Positions 1-12,802 of a DNA stretch of 64,000 nucleotides are shown here, piece by piece (positions within the stretch are counted from its first letter, which is position 1; each line of letters begins with the position of its first letter). Both the position numbers and the translations under genes were made by a program. The notes under the pieces were generated by a model. The model ran no database searches, was not told where the DNA came from, and worked only from the letters and a program-made list of their open reading frames with translations. This DNA comes from Octopus bimaculoides (taxonomy: Eukaryota): assembly GCF_001194135.2 (NCBI RefSeq), contig NC_069001.1, forward strand, positions 3,431,966-3,495,965, written 5' to 3'.

Positions 1-501
1 AAATAAGAAGTATACCTTAGTTCACTGGTAGTGAACAGCTGACTCTGTAATACATCTCCAGTGTTAGAAGCTGTGCAAAGGCAATAATAATAATAATAAT
101 AATAATAAGGATTCTTGATAGAATCAGGTACTTGAAAGAATATACACCAAGTAGGGTTGGATAGCTTATATATATATATATATATTATATATANNNNNNN
201 NNNNNNNNNNNNNNNNNNNNNNNNNNNNNNNNNNNNNNNNNNNNNNNNNNNNNNNNNNNNNNNNNNNNNNNNNNNNNNNNNNNNNNNNNNNNNNNNNNNN
301 NNNNNNNNNNNNNATATATATCATGAACAAGATATAGTCTGTCAACCCATATTGGAGTGTATGATTGTATCAGAACTAACTCAGACTGTATTGACCCATT
401 CAATCCTTGTCAGTATTGAAAGCTGATATAAGATGATGATGATGATAATGATGGTGGTAGCTGTAGTGATGATGGTAATTGTGTTTACAATGTATACATA
501 C

Positions 502-583
502 CTGAAATGCGGAACTATTATCACTATCGCAGATGAGAAACAATGGCTTTCTAGTGTAAGGATACAAATCACCTGGATGTAGA
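502..583 (-). CDS. SCAI: SCAI internal exon (82 nt, phase 2 to 0): (C)LHPGDLYPYTRKPLFLICDSDNSSAFQ
   Basis: Acceptor taatttcag and donor CAG|gtatgt. Matches recalled SCAI CLHPGDLYPFTRKPLFIIVDSSNSVAYK. The downstream exons lie left of the window. Confidence 0.95.
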
Positions 584-780
584 CTGAAATTAAAATAGTT
601 CACCTAATTAGCAAAGGTTTGCATAGATTATTAACAAACATAATAAATATGATTAGAATGAGAAGGTCAAATCTGATACCGAGATAAGTTATACTGAAGA
701 ATAAAAAGGGGAGAAAAAAATGGTGCCTAGTTAATTGTTTTTGGAATATTTTAATCAGAAAGCAGTCCAGACAGTATATA

Positions 781-955
781 AAGCTCAGGCATAGACATGT
801 GCTTAAAAAGTTCACTTCACAATCACATGGTTCTGGGTTCAAAACCCACTGAATATTACTGAGCACATTTATCATCTATTGTAGCTTTGGATATGATTGA
901 CCAATACCTTGTAAGCAAAATTTAGTAGATAGGAACTGTGCAGAAAACTTGTATA
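781..955 (+). mobile_element. Diverged SINE family A head
   Basis: cacatggttctgggttcaaaacccactg...ccttgtaagc...tagtagataggaactg. Confidence 0.55.
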
Positions 956-971
956 CATATGATATGATGAT

Positions 972-1248
972 GGACTCTCCCATAAAAGATGACATCTGAG
1001 TATTCAGCTTTTGCCAAACAATCTGCATAAATGATTTGTTTATAGTGATCAAATGTATGTATTGTATATCAGCTCACCACTCTCTCCATCAAATCAATGT
1101 TGTCTGAACAGGTGGATGGTGTGCTACGCATCAGGTTTTGAAGTGATCGCAGAGCAACATGAGATGAAGTGTTTTGCTCAAGAACACAACATACCACCCA
1201 GTCTAGGATTTGAAATCACGATTGCTACATTGTGAGTGCAACACCTAA

Positions 1249-1318
<70 letters not shown>

Positions 1319-1533
1319 TATAATCAACCAGACTACCGGATGTTATACATTACTGGTCACAATGCACTTAGAATGTTTTTAGCTTTTGAATGATGCCATC
1401 CCGCTGGTTAGGTAACCAGGCCAACATTCCCCCTGATAGGAATTCTATTGTATTATAGGGTGACCTATTTACAGCTGAGTGAACTGGAGCAATGTGAAAT
1501 GAAGTGTCTTGCTTGAGAACACAATGTGTCACC
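972..1533 (-). mobile_element. Two SINE family B fragments (972-1250 and 1320-1533) separated by (AT)n
   Basis: Both contain gagcaa..tga.atgaagtgt.ttgct..agaacacaa, shared with 52063-52360 and 62961-63170. Confidence 0.65.
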
Positions 1534-1869
1534 CACACACCCACATGTGTGTATGTGTATATTTGACACAAAACCACTAGTTAAAAACTGGTGTTGTGTT
1601 AAAGGTAACTTCGTTAAAAAAAGATTGCTGAAACAAGTATCAGACAACAATGACTGGAATGGATATGATCAACTAAAAAAGAAAAAATTGTGAAAGGCAG
1701 TACTTCAGCTTGGCTGTAGTTCAATAACTGAAACCAGTACAAGAAACGATTTCCCTGTTGTGTTTTCATGTAGACATGACAATGATCTGTTTTTTTATTA
1801 GAACTGACAATTGGGCATATTCTGAAGAATTTCGTTTGATCTGTGGATATCTGAGAGTTTCAATTATCA

Positions 1870-1903
<34 letters not shown>

Positions 1904-2012
1904 TCAATGTAAATTCTGGGCCTCTGTCTTTTTTATTTATCCAATTGGTACATATAATGTCTAAAAAGGAAGGGAAGAGAGTTCCCATTGAAAAAAACAT
2001 CTGATGCCTCAC

Positions 2013-2109
2013 CAATGCATTTCTTTCAAACTTCCAGGTCTTTTGTTTTTATTTAATATGTCCCCTTCTCGCCGACTATTGGTCACTACACCTCCAAGGT
2101 CGTAGGCAG
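2013..2109 (-). CDS. SCAI: SCAI internal exon (97 nt, phase 1 to 2): (A)AYDLGGVVTNSRREGDILNKNKRPGSLKEMH(C)
   Basis: Acceptor aatttgcag and donor TG|gtgagg. Matches recalled SCAI GPYDFGGVLTNS...HKEMHC. Phases agree with both neighbouring exons. Confidence 0.93.
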
Positions 2110-2766
2110 CTGCAAATTGGTAAAAAGAGTTTCATGTTCAATCAATTTTTAGTTTCTAAAAATTATTCAAACCAATAACACATGCATATATATTACTTAC
2201 ATAAACTTTGAAGGAATGAATTATAATACTAAATATCAAAGACTATTTTCTGAATTCTTATAAACCTGTATTGCCAATTATAGAGTATCTCAAACCTGTG
2301 GGATTATTAATTTTGCTTTTTAACTTTCAAAGGCTTGGGAAAAAGATATAGTAGAATGCAAGTTCTAAGTAAGTAGAATCTCTGATTTAAGTTTATTCTA
2401 GGCCACAGTAATCTAAAACAGTTTCAGAAGAATTTAGACAAATTTCAGCCTAATCATGTGTTCTTATGTTCATTTCTCCATGTTAACATGAGGAAGCTAA
2501 TTGAGAAAATGTGTACAATCAAATGAAGTAGTTTGTATCTGTTACTTTCTTCATTATAATTTATACATGACATTATATGTATAAATGGTGCCTGTTTGCA
2601 ACTAGGTAGACTGAGGCAAAGAGAATAATGACTTGTATAAGGGCTTGATATAATGAGCAAGAATTTTACATAAAGTATGGTCAATTAAAGAATTACAAGG
2701 TAAACACACACACAGAAAGGAATAGTTATAACTGAACTGCATTGAAACAGTGGCACATAAACTTAC

Positions 2767-2947
2767 CATCATCTGTGTGTTTGGAATTCCCATAGCAACC
2801 GTCAGCAGATATATACAAGAGAAGGGCTCCATTTGGAGGAAGTTCTTTAAAACCTGACGCTAGGAATGTATTCAGTTGACTGAATGTGGGTTTGTAGAGC
2901 AGATACTTGTGTGGGTTATCTCTTCGTATAGAACGATCGCCATTTTC
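2767..2947 (-). CDS. SCAI: SCAI internal exon (181 nt, phase 0 to 1): ENGDRSIRRDNPHKYLLYKPTFSQLNTFLASGFKELPPNGALLLYISADGCYGNSKHTDD
   Basis: Acceptor tttcaag (AAG type) and donor G|gtaagt. Matches recalled SCAI RRENPHKYLLYKPTFSQLYTFLAASFKELPANSVLLIYLSA. Confidence 0.93.
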
Positions 2948-3573
2948 CTTGAAAGATAAAATAAACACTAGTTAGGCTAGGTACAACTTAAAGATGAAAA
3001 TAATTTCTGTAGAGAATAAGAATGATTTTATTATTTACAAAGAAAGATGAATATTCTGATAGACATTGAAAAATAAAAATCAATGTTGATTTCTATCAAC
3101 ATCATCACCATTAAATCACCATAATACCTACACATACCTCCTGAACACCTCACACACACACAAATCAAGGGACTCTCTATACAGTCACATGACCTGCTAG
3201 AAATAGCAGACAAATCTTCAAATCACATCTTACAGTATCATTGGATAAAAGCTTAGTCCACTGGTTTAATACTTGTGTCATTACACTCTAATAACTTAAT
3301 AATTACTCATCTAAAATATTAGCTTTTCCATCATCAAAAAACTATTTATTACAAGATTTTATTCAATTGTACATATTATTTTCTTTCTGAAACCCCCAAA
3401 CTCTCAAAATATCCAAATCACTGACTTGTACTCTTGAACCCAGAAAACAAAACAGTAAATAAAAAAGAAAAAAAAACCAACTTTGTTACTGATAATCTGA
3501 GAACTAAGAATATTTATGTAGCAAGGAAAAAATAACAATAACTGAATCAGTAATGTTATACTTTGGAAAGTAT

Positions 3574-3903
3574 GGGAGACAACTCTAGACATGTTTCAGT
3601 CGTATTAGTAAAGTATAAGTTTAGCTGCACTGTATTTGATAAAGTAGTGATGAGAAAATCACTTAGTAGGTATGCAATGTTATACATGTGTATTGTAAAA
3701 ATGTTCAGTAAATTCTATATTGAATATCATTAGCTTATACTTAATAAATTTAATACACTTTCTCTGTTAATAAATAAATGGAAGCATAAGTATCTCAATG
3801 TTTAAATATATAGTATATTCAATGTATATTTTGGTTGCTAGCATTCAACCGAAAAAGTGTGGTAAAATAACTATAGATTGTCGTTCAGGAAAAGTTATCT
3901 CCC
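3574..3903. mobile_element. Possible MITE (~330 bp) with 11-bp terminal inverted repeats
   Basis: gggagacaact (3574-3584) and agttatctccc (3893-3903) match 10/11 as inverted repeats around an AT-rich interior. The TSD is unclear. Confidence 0.35.
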
Positions 3904-4757
3904 TTATATACTACAGAATAATTTTAGAGAAGAATGATAAAACAAAAAATTGCCAAGAATTATTTGAAATCTGAAAAATGTTTTGTTTAGATAAAAATAC
4001 TAAAATATAATTGAAATAAAACAATATTTCCATTTTTACCCACAAAATTTTATACTCACTAATAGATGTTTATATTGTTGAAATTACTCTCTTTATTCAC
4101 ATTACGAAATATATGACAAATTTTGATTTTTACAAACACTTTTATCTAGATCAATGTTTTCCATGCTTGAGTATCATCATGACACTGAAATCATCATAAT
4201 CGTCACCCTTGTCCTTTTAACATTCACTTTCCCATGCTACAAGTCTAAGACAAGACTTACTGGGGCAAGTTTTTTTTTTTCATTGGTAGGAAGGAGGGGA
4301 TTTCCCAATAGTGCAATGCTTGCACTGCTGTGAAATCTACTTAAAGATATGCAAGGGTCATGTCATGCTGTTTTAAACCAAATAACTGATTAGCTAAATC
4401 AATTAAGTCATTGAATATTGCATCTTCTGCAATGATGCAATGCTATATCAAGAGATGAACCATCAATACTTTGTCCAGGGAATGTACAGAGCATTAAGCA
4501 CTTCATCTCACATCTTATTTATAGTTATATGAACTCCTAGCTTACCTAACTGTAAACTTGAGAATTTAGAGTCATTAATACAGCAGCAATAGATGATACA
4601 AAACACTGACCATTGATCTTAATAACTAGTTTGCCAGAAGCACTAACTCTATAAACTACAGTTTGACAAAGGCAATCAACATTTGGCCACAAATGACATA
4701 ACCATGTTTTGCCAAAAAAAATGATTAATAAAATATTTTCAGTTTCTGTACTTCCAT

Positions 4758-4792
<35 letters not shown>

Positions 4793-5276
4793 ATGCACAC
4801 GCTATACATGCAATGAAGTACTCATAGTTTTCTTTTCCTTTCTTCTTATTCATTTATCTATACAAATTCACTCACAAATTTATGAGGAAATTTCTACATA
4901 GTTGCTCAATATGCTAGATATAGCAGCCAAATCTCCCTTGAACTATGCTTTAACAGCTGAAAAAATATATACAAAGAAAGAAAATAAGAAAATTGATAAT
5001 GTAGTCCTAAACTTCACTTTCTGAAAAAAAAGAAGAATTATCATAGCTGGCCTGAAGCTAAACAACAAATGTTTGTAGTTTATTTCCATAGAGCAGATAG
5101 CCCAGTCTCTTAATGTACTAATGGTACTTGTTGAATTTTTCAATACTCACGGCAAACTAACTACTGAACTTCATTTTTACTTATGAATTTTATATTTAAA
5201 TAATTGTTTTAACTGGAGGGAATGTAAAACAGTATAAAAAGACAAATATTTAAAAAAGAAAGCATTTGCTGCTCAC

Positions 5277-5399
5277 AAATGGCTGTCTTCCTGGGGCAGG
5301 TGACGTATCATATAGTTGAGTTGTTAAATCTTCTTGTGGTTCTCTTTCTAATGTCTGTAGCATTCGGAACATGTCAAGAGTTAATTCACTAAATTTCAC
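5277..5399 (-). CDS. SCAI: SCAI internal exon (123 nt, phase 0 to 0): VKFSELTLDMFRMLQTLEREPQEDLTTQLYDTSPAPGRQPF
   Basis: Acceptor gtattttcag and donor TTT|gtgagc. Matches recalled SCAI VKFSELTVDMFRMLQALEREP. The 3' boundary is chosen because it keeps the frame into the next exon. Confidence 0.9.
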
Positions 5400-6280
5400 C
5401 TGAAAATACAATACAGTGTTACATTCATTTAAATCAAGTTTATTGTTGTTATGTAACAATGGGCATAGAAAGAGTACAGTGGGATCTCAGGTAGAATAAA
5501 AGAAAAGATGGATTTCCTATGCAATTACCAATAAGGTTACCCCACCAAATTTAATTTTTTAACTGCCTAGAATGCTTGCAAGAATTGGTATGTAACTTAT
5601 GCTACCTAGACGAACTAACTGGAGGTGGAGGTGGGCATTACAAAAGCATAGTAGCAAATGTAAGGATTAAATGGAAATTTTCAGGGAACCAATAACCTCT
5701 GGTGGTAGCAAAGAGCATCTTTTGTTGAATAAGAAGTATATTGTAAGGTGCTTGTTTATGAAGTTGTGATATTGTGTGCTAGCTAAACAAGAGTGGTAAA
5801 TATGTGCAGAATGTTCAAAGACTGAAAAGGAATGAGATGAGTATGCTGCACAGAATGTATTGGGTCATTCCATAAATAATGTGCTTTTTTATACTTATTT
5901 TATTTTATTATAAGTAAGATGAAAAATAGCTGGGCATTAGGTGTGTATCAGTAAGAGAAAAGCTCAACTACTTACATGAGTGGGCTCAAGTTCCTCTAAC
6001 TCACAAATAAAAGCTGAAAGTACTTAACTCACTTTCTCTCTCTCTCTCTCTCACACACACAGAATGGACCATAGGGTGGTGCTTAATAGATAACAAAGTC
6101 AAAATATTCATGTCATCATTAACTTTCCAAGTAAATCTTTAGTATATGCTCATACATGAGTTAACATTACATGAGCATAGAAGTTTCATTAGTTTCTCTA
6201 GTTTATGTAGATATGACTTTAGGAAAGGAAAGCAAATAAACTTGAGCTCATCTTGTCACAAAACAGAATTGCAAACTATA

Positions 6281-6456
6281 CATGTGATCACTTGGTCTGA
6301 TGGAAAAAGTAGTGAATTCTCTTAATAAAAAAAAAATAATTTAAAAAACCACTTTGGATAATGTAGTCCTAGATATATTGTGTCTGAAAGAAAGACAAGA
6401 TGATCATGGTTGATAAACCAGTGACCTTTGGCTAAACAATAACAACAATGACAACA
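6281..6456 (+). mobile_element. Interspersed repeat family D, with (CAA)n-like tail
   Basis: ggataatgtagtcctagat...gacct..ggctaaacaataacaac. The same motifs recur at about 4891-5070, 11975-12160, 46300-46500 and 55030-55232. Confidence 0.6.
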
Positions 6457-6472
6457 GAAGCAATGCACTTAC

Positions 6473-6625
6473 TTGTTCATTACAATTGCCTACAATGAGA
6501 ATCTCTTGAAGTGTTAAATATACTGGAGTGCCCTTATCCAAAGGAGGGGTGTTGAGAGGAGTCAGTCGGTGGGATAAGACAATAGAGGAAGAGTCAACAT
6601 CAACGACACTTATTATATTATCAGC
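6473..6625 (-). CDS. SCAI: SCAI internal exon (153 nt, phase 0 to 0): ADNIISVVDVDSSSIVLSHRLTPLNTPPLDKGTPVYLTLQEILIVGNCNEQ
   Basis: Acceptor ttttattgcag and donor gtaagt. The C-terminal LIVGNCNEQ matches recalled SCAI LIIGNCNNQ. Confidence 0.93.
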
Positions 6626-6948
6626 CTGCAATAAAAGGATCAAAAGAAAACAATGAGTATTCTGTATAAATATATACTACTGGCAAGAGTGCTGCAAGAG
6701 AGGTTATAATAAAGAAAAGAGATAAATGAATATTTCAAGTCTATTTTCAAAGACAACATACTATTATGAGAGGATTTGGTTTCCTTTTATTGGTGTCAGT
6801 CATTGGGATGCATCCAAAATGGGACCCCACAGTTACTTATTTTATTAGTCCAACTTATTTTAGTCTGCTACTTACTTTATTAACCTTTCTATTGAATGAC
6901 TGAGTTTTATCTTTTCAATATAAAGAGACCTAACTCAGTGCACTGGTA

Positions 6949-7004
<56 letters not shown>

Positions 7005-7415
7005 AATACAATGTACCCGAATATATATTAATGACACAGACAAATAAGAGTAAAAATTGTATTAATTTGATAGTGAATGAATGAGGGGAAAAAATGTTTG
7101 TAATTTCAGACTTATTTGTTCTTCATCAGAAAGAAGAAGAAAAAAAAGAGAAAAAGAAAAAAAAAGAGTTAATCCATGTACATTTATGATGAGGTCATGC
7201 TTTCCACATTTAATCAACATCAACTAATATAATTTTATATTGTTATTCATTGCCTGTATTCTTATATATTTGAATATATTCTACTCCATGCTGATGTAGT
7301 CTGACCAGCTTGCATCCATACTGAATCACCTTTCAGATTTACAACTCAAGTTCACCTGGATTACTATTTCAGTTAACTTTGGATTACACTGGATATATTT
7401 TATTGCATCATACGT

Positions 7416-7780
7416 CAGGTGTAGCTGTTTGGTTGAGAAGCTTGTTTCCCAGCCACATGGTTTCAGGTTCCAGGTATCTTGGACAAGTGTCTTCTGCTAT
7501 AGACCCAAGCCAACCATAACCTTGTGGATAGATTTGGTAGACAGAAACTAAAAGAAGCTTGTGTGTGTGTGTCCTCCATCACTGCTTGATGACTGTTTGT
7601 TTATTTTCATCTTTTGCCTTTTACTTGTTTCACTCATTAGACTATGGCCATGCTGGGCCACTGTCTTGAAGAATTTTAGTCAAACAAATTTACACCAATA
7701 CTTGTCTTTTTTAAACCTGGTACTTATTCTATTGATCTCTTTTGCTGAACCACTAAGTTACAGGGACACAAACACACTAT
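7416..7780. mobile_element. SINE family A head (+, 7416-7600) abutting a family A tail in the opposite orientation (7605-7780)
   Basis: Both parts align by eye with the 26461-26998 copy. Confidence 0.65.
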
Positions 7781-7865
7781 ATTTGCAGTATATGTATATT
7801 AAATGGAATGTTCATCTCTCAAGATGTGATTAATAATTTGAAAAAAACACTAACATTAACATATT

Positions 7866-8005
7866 TAGGTGCAGGTGTGGATATGTGACAAAAAGTTTGC
7901 TTCCCAACTAAGTGGTTCTGGGTTCAGTCTCACTGTATGGCACCTTGGGCAAGGGTCTTCTACTAGAGCCTTCAGCCAACCACGGCCTTATAAGTGGATT
8001 TGGTA
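7866..8005 (+). mobile_element. SINE family A head and CORE region
   Basis: gggttcagtctcactgtatggcaccttgggcaagggtcttctac...ggatttggtagatggaaactgaaa. Confidence 0.7.
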
Positions 8006-10934
8006 GATGGAAACTGAAAAGAGTCTGTCAGTGGCACTCTCGGTGGAGTAAAAAATGTGGAGTATAGAAAGATCAATCTTATTGTTCATTAAGTGAAAAT
8101 GTTAAAGTTGACGTTTTTAAGTGGTAAGAAATTCTCGAGATAGCTGGACAGCAGAAGGTCTTTAGAGAAGAAACACTCCTCAGGCAAATGTTTTGGCCCT
8201 TAATTTCTTACACTCTAAGTAAGCTGGGCCGCATCCAGGTCATGACTTTTGAATGCCCTTCTGCTGACATTTTTTAGCCACTTGGATATCAGAGTCTTGT
8301 GCATTTAAACTGCTTGGCAATTTCATCTAGTTGTAACTCTTCTCTGTTGACTCAGTTTCAAAATTATATTTAAAAGAAAAATAATGTTGGTTGTCATGGT
8401 AGCTTAACTTCTGTTTTTATAGAGATGTGAGATAAATTTCATCTTGAAACAGTTTAACAGTAGTGTGTTTCTCATAGAGAGGTGTACAGAGGTATGTAGA
8501 ATTAAATATCTCAATTCCAGAAAACATACTAAAATGTCTGTACTGGATTTGAACTTGTAACCTACAAACTGATAATGCAATACTTTACCAACTCAACCAA
8601 TTTGGTTAAGACAAAGGTTATACAAAACATAGATTATTTTCTTCAGACACAATGGTTATCAGCAAATATTGATATCTGGAAATCTATCAGCAAAATTATT
8701 GATCATTTGGTAAACAAATTCTGTTCAAAGAAAACTCTAATTTATGCAATCACTGCCAAATGGATACACAGTGTATGTATGTGTGTGTGAGTGCAGGAGT
8801 ATGCATTCGATTAAGTTTGCATGTGTTGTGTGTGTGTATGTGAGAGAGAGAGAGTGTGTGAGTGAGTGAGTGAGTCAGTATGCGTGTGATTAAGTAAGTA
8901 TATAAATATGTGAAATGGAGTGAGTATGTGTGTAAATGGATGCAGACATGGTAGAACATTTGAGAAATTCATTTTCTCATCATGGGGTGTCAGGTTCAAT
9001 CCCATCATGTGGCATTTGGAGCAAGTAGGAACATTAAATGATGATGATGATACAACTGAAATTTTCTACTCATATGTTTTTATATATCAGAAAAACACAC
9101 TTTTCCCATAATATTGTACTAATTTGTATAATTGTTCTAAGTATTTTTTTAATGAGCAGATTTTCTCAGTGTCTATTGCAATGCTTTGGAATACATAAAA
9201 TTTACTTTTTCTGTCAGGAGCTAAACAGGAGAAATTTCAGAAAAAGTTACATAGACTTTGAAAACATGTGCTCCTTTCCAAATTTTCAACTACATAGGTC
9301 CATAACTATGGCCTATAATTTAATACTTTCATTCACTTATATGTGCATGTACACACATACAGTCACTTACTTGATTCTTCAGCTTTAAATAACTGAATAA
9401 AATTGATTGCATGTTTGTCTCATATATAAAATATCACCTTATATATGACAAATATGTATATGAAAAATAATATATGAAATTGATTAGTTACAAAGAGGAT
9501 TTTTCCCTTTAAACAATATCTGAATAAACATGTTATCTACAAAAAAAAAATATATATATACATAAAAACTAGAGTATTAAATGTTTGACTGCTTTTTAAA
9601 TTTCAATTTCAAAAATGCTTCTGCAGTAAAATTTTAATTTATCACAATTGTATAGAGATACAGACAGATAGATAATATTAACTTTGCTAAATGTTTCAAT
9701 GAATGGAACCAAGAAGTAGTTTAACTATAAGTATACTGATCACTATGAAATGGTTATCAAGTAAGCAAAGAAAGCATAGCATAGAAGTTCTTCATAATTG
9801 TATTACTGATGTTGAATAGCCTCAGATGACTGGAGCTATTCAAAAACAAAACCAACAAATAATGTGAGTAGTAATACACAAAGTTTACTTTATTTGAAAT
9901 TGTTCGGATGGTGATAGAATTAAAATACTACTTTCAAAGCTTGCATTGAAACACTTTTGTTCTATAGTTGTGAGGCTTGAACAATATCAGAAACACTTGC
10001 AGAAGAGATAAACTCTAGCCATTTCTCTCTTTTATGATTTGCAATTGGAGTTCATTTCCCACAAAGAATAAATAATAAATGGTTAATTGCAAGAGCACAG
10101 ACTTTGTCAGCTGATAGCATTTTTTGATTAATTCTGACTGGATAGGCTTTGAGACCTAATATACCAGTAATCACTCTTTTCAATCACAAAAATTAAGCTA
10201 TAGGGCCTTATTGTGTTGGAGAAGCTTTACAAAAGATGCACATTTCACAAGTTAATGAGGAGCTAATCGGATACAATATTAGATTTATTGAAACAGTTTA
10301 AATTGCTAAGGATGGGGACCAATGGTGACAGCACAGTGGCCAGGGTTGAGTACACATTTCTTTTGGAGACAATCACTTATAGAAATGATAGGGGATGTTA
10401 AAGAACAACAATAAAATGTAAACTTTTCCAAATCAAAGGGACCATTAAGGTTGGTTGATCTGTTTTCTGTAGTATTTAGAAAATGAAAGAAGTATTTCCC
10501 CTTGAAGATGATGCTAGCCTATCACAGGTAATCTTTGTCATGGAAAGAATTGAACAACAAACTTTGAAAGTCAAATATTATCAATATTATCAATGCTGTG
10601 GTATGTTTACATTGGTGAATTATAGCTCCATAATACCTACTTAGATCTAGGAAGATTTCTATATAGGAGCAATGCAATACCAGTTATAATAACCCTCTAG
10701 TCTTCTGTGACTTCTAACAACTATCAAATCTAGTTAACTAACATAGACATAAATGTAAATTTCACCACTTCATGTGAACATTGTGTTGTAATTAATAAAT
10801 ATCTAATGTTTATTAGCTGCAACTAATAAACATCAAACAGTATTCAATTATCCCTTTCTTCTTTTTTGAGAATGGGGAGGCTCTGTATAAAAAAAGAGCT
10901 TTTATGCACACATACATACTATGTACATAAGTAA

Positions 10935-10982
<48 letters not shown>

Positions 10983-11264
10983 ATGTGTATGTGGATTGCA
11001 TGTATGTGAACAAATATTTTTTTATTGTATATACATGTTAAAAGCATATATGTGTGTAAAAATACAAAATGAGTAAAAATACAAAATGTATATGTGACTG
11101 AAAGTGTGTGAATGTATTTGTGTGTGCATGAACAAGTGTGTATAGTGTTTATAATGATACACTAATTACACATCAACAGAGATAACAGTGAATCATTTAT
11201 CTGTATATGAAGATAACCACAAACATTTCAATTGTAAATATATTGTAAAATAGGAATAGTTTAC

Positions 11265-11363
11265 CTCAATAAAGGATTTAATTTCACCTAAAACTAAATT
11301 CCATTCCATCTGATCATCTGGTTCATATGTGGTGGTATAGTCATCAATTTGTTTGGCTAATTC
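11265..11363 (-). CDS. SCAI: SCAI internal exon (99 nt, phase 0 to 0): ELAKQIDDYTTTYEPDDQMEWNLVLGEIKSFIE
   Basis: Acceptor ttttatttcag and donor gtaaac. Matches recalled SCAI ELSDEIEDYTHRFNTEDQVEWNLVLQEVAAFIE. Confidence 0.95.
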
Positions 11364-11974
11364 CTGAAATAAAAGAATGAATGGAACAGAAATGTTTTTT
11401 TTTTTTTTGAAAAAATCCACAAGACATTTCAAGTTTCTATTATTTGAAGTACATTTCAATTGTGGTAAAACGGATTGTCTTGAAAATTGGTTTTTTGTGT
11501 TCTGTATTAACTCCAATCATCTTGGCTCAATATCACTGTAGTTGAAAATTTTTTTAGTGTATGTTATACAGTATAGTGTTCATGACCTATGCAGGCCACA
11601 CTGCCATACTTGTGAGATTGATGAATGTGGCTGATACCTAGAGAGAGAGAGAGAGAGAGGTGGGGGGCTAGCAGAGATGAGTTGGAACAGTCTAGTTTGA
11701 ATGCTTGCAACAGAGTAAACTTTGCCAGAAGCATGCAAAGTCTGTTTGACGGGGTTTTGAACCAGGTGGCTAGTTAAGGTTACTACCCAGTTAGGCCAAC
11801 ATTTAATCTTATCAGTTATCTGGCTTATCTATCTTGACTTATATTTCATATATTCTAAAATTTCTAAAACTCATTTTTCTTATCTCTTGTTATTTCATAT
11901 TTTGGTGGAGATATACTTCATCTGATGCAATATTAATCCCCAAATCTTCAGGTACTCTAGCACTGACAACTTTC

Positions 11975-12160
11975 ATCAACCACTAGCTAATAAGGGTTGC
12001 TTGAAATAGCAACCAAATCTCTTTCAAATCATGCACCACCATCTTTAAAAAGAAGAAGGATACATTAGATAATGTAGTCCTAGATACCATAAAAACAGAA
12101 ACATTTATTTAAACCAAGCATTCTTAACATGCCTGGAATGGAACATTATCAGGCATGTAA
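11975..12160 (+). mobile_element. Interspersed repeat family D
   Basis: gaaatagcaaccaaatctctttcaaatca...agataatgtagtcctagat. Confidence 0.6.
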
Positions 12161-12705
12161 GGAACAGTACAGTATCTTTCACTGACGATCACAGAGAGAA
12201 AAATCTGGTGTTACAAGATCAAGTTTATTAATTTTACTAAATTAATTGAACTAAAACATTGTAAAAAAACTTTTAGACAGATCGTGACACTAATTGGTAC
12301 TGTTTTTAAAATTATTTTAAATGGATGAAGAGTACTGGACATGAAAGGAGGCAATAAGATGACAAGAAATAAAAAAAGATCAAAAATACAGTAAGAAGTA
12401 GTTAGGTCAGATTCATGAGTACCAAGCTTCAGATAAGCCAACACAGGATTAAACATGAAAAGAAGCTGTTTATCAGACGAGTCCAAATAGAGAGAATTGG
12501 ATATTCAAATAATGTTGAAGGTGCTTTTAATAGTGACCTGCAAACAAATACTACAAATGATATTTTTATTATGGTAGGAGTGGGAAGGGAAGGACTGGTG
12601 AAGGTTTATGAACCCAGAGTTGCAAATTCCTCACTTATTTCCCAATTAGTTTTACCATCACTGGTATACATAGGAACATAGCAACAATATAGCATTCTTA
12701 CTTAC

Positions 12706-12802
12706 TCTCACTAGATCTCGTACCAGCTTCATCTTCTTCAATAATAAACACACCACAATGAACCGTGCATAGTATCGGAGTTTCTTCACCATTAAATCTG
12801 GC
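12706..12802 (-). CDS. SCAI: SCAI internal exon (97 nt, phase 2 to 0): (R)PDLMVKKLRYYARFIVVCLLLKKMKLVRDLVR
   Basis: Acceptor ctgtttag and donor gtaagt. Matches recalled SCAI PELVVKKLRYYARFIVVCLLLNKMDVVKDLVK. Not in the ORF track; found by reading the minus strand. Confidence 0.95.

Noticed and set aside
4540-4605. Minus-strand ttag|gtaagc with a possible 60-nt exon ending in TAG (poison exon)
   Set aside because: The candidate acceptor (caatggtcag) has no pyrimidine tract, and the shorter alternatives are 4 or 11 nt and out of frame. It is indistinguishable from chance.
8150-8380. Possible Tc1-like N-terminal HTH remnant on the minus strand (ILKLSQQ...EIAKQFKC)
   Set aside because: No catalytic motifs or TIRs were found; the similarity is within chance.
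12121-12164. 15-bp imperfect hairpin (ttcttaacatgcctg / caggcatgtaaggaa)
   Set aside because: It lies within a decayed family D copy, is too short for a pre-miRNA, and has no other support.
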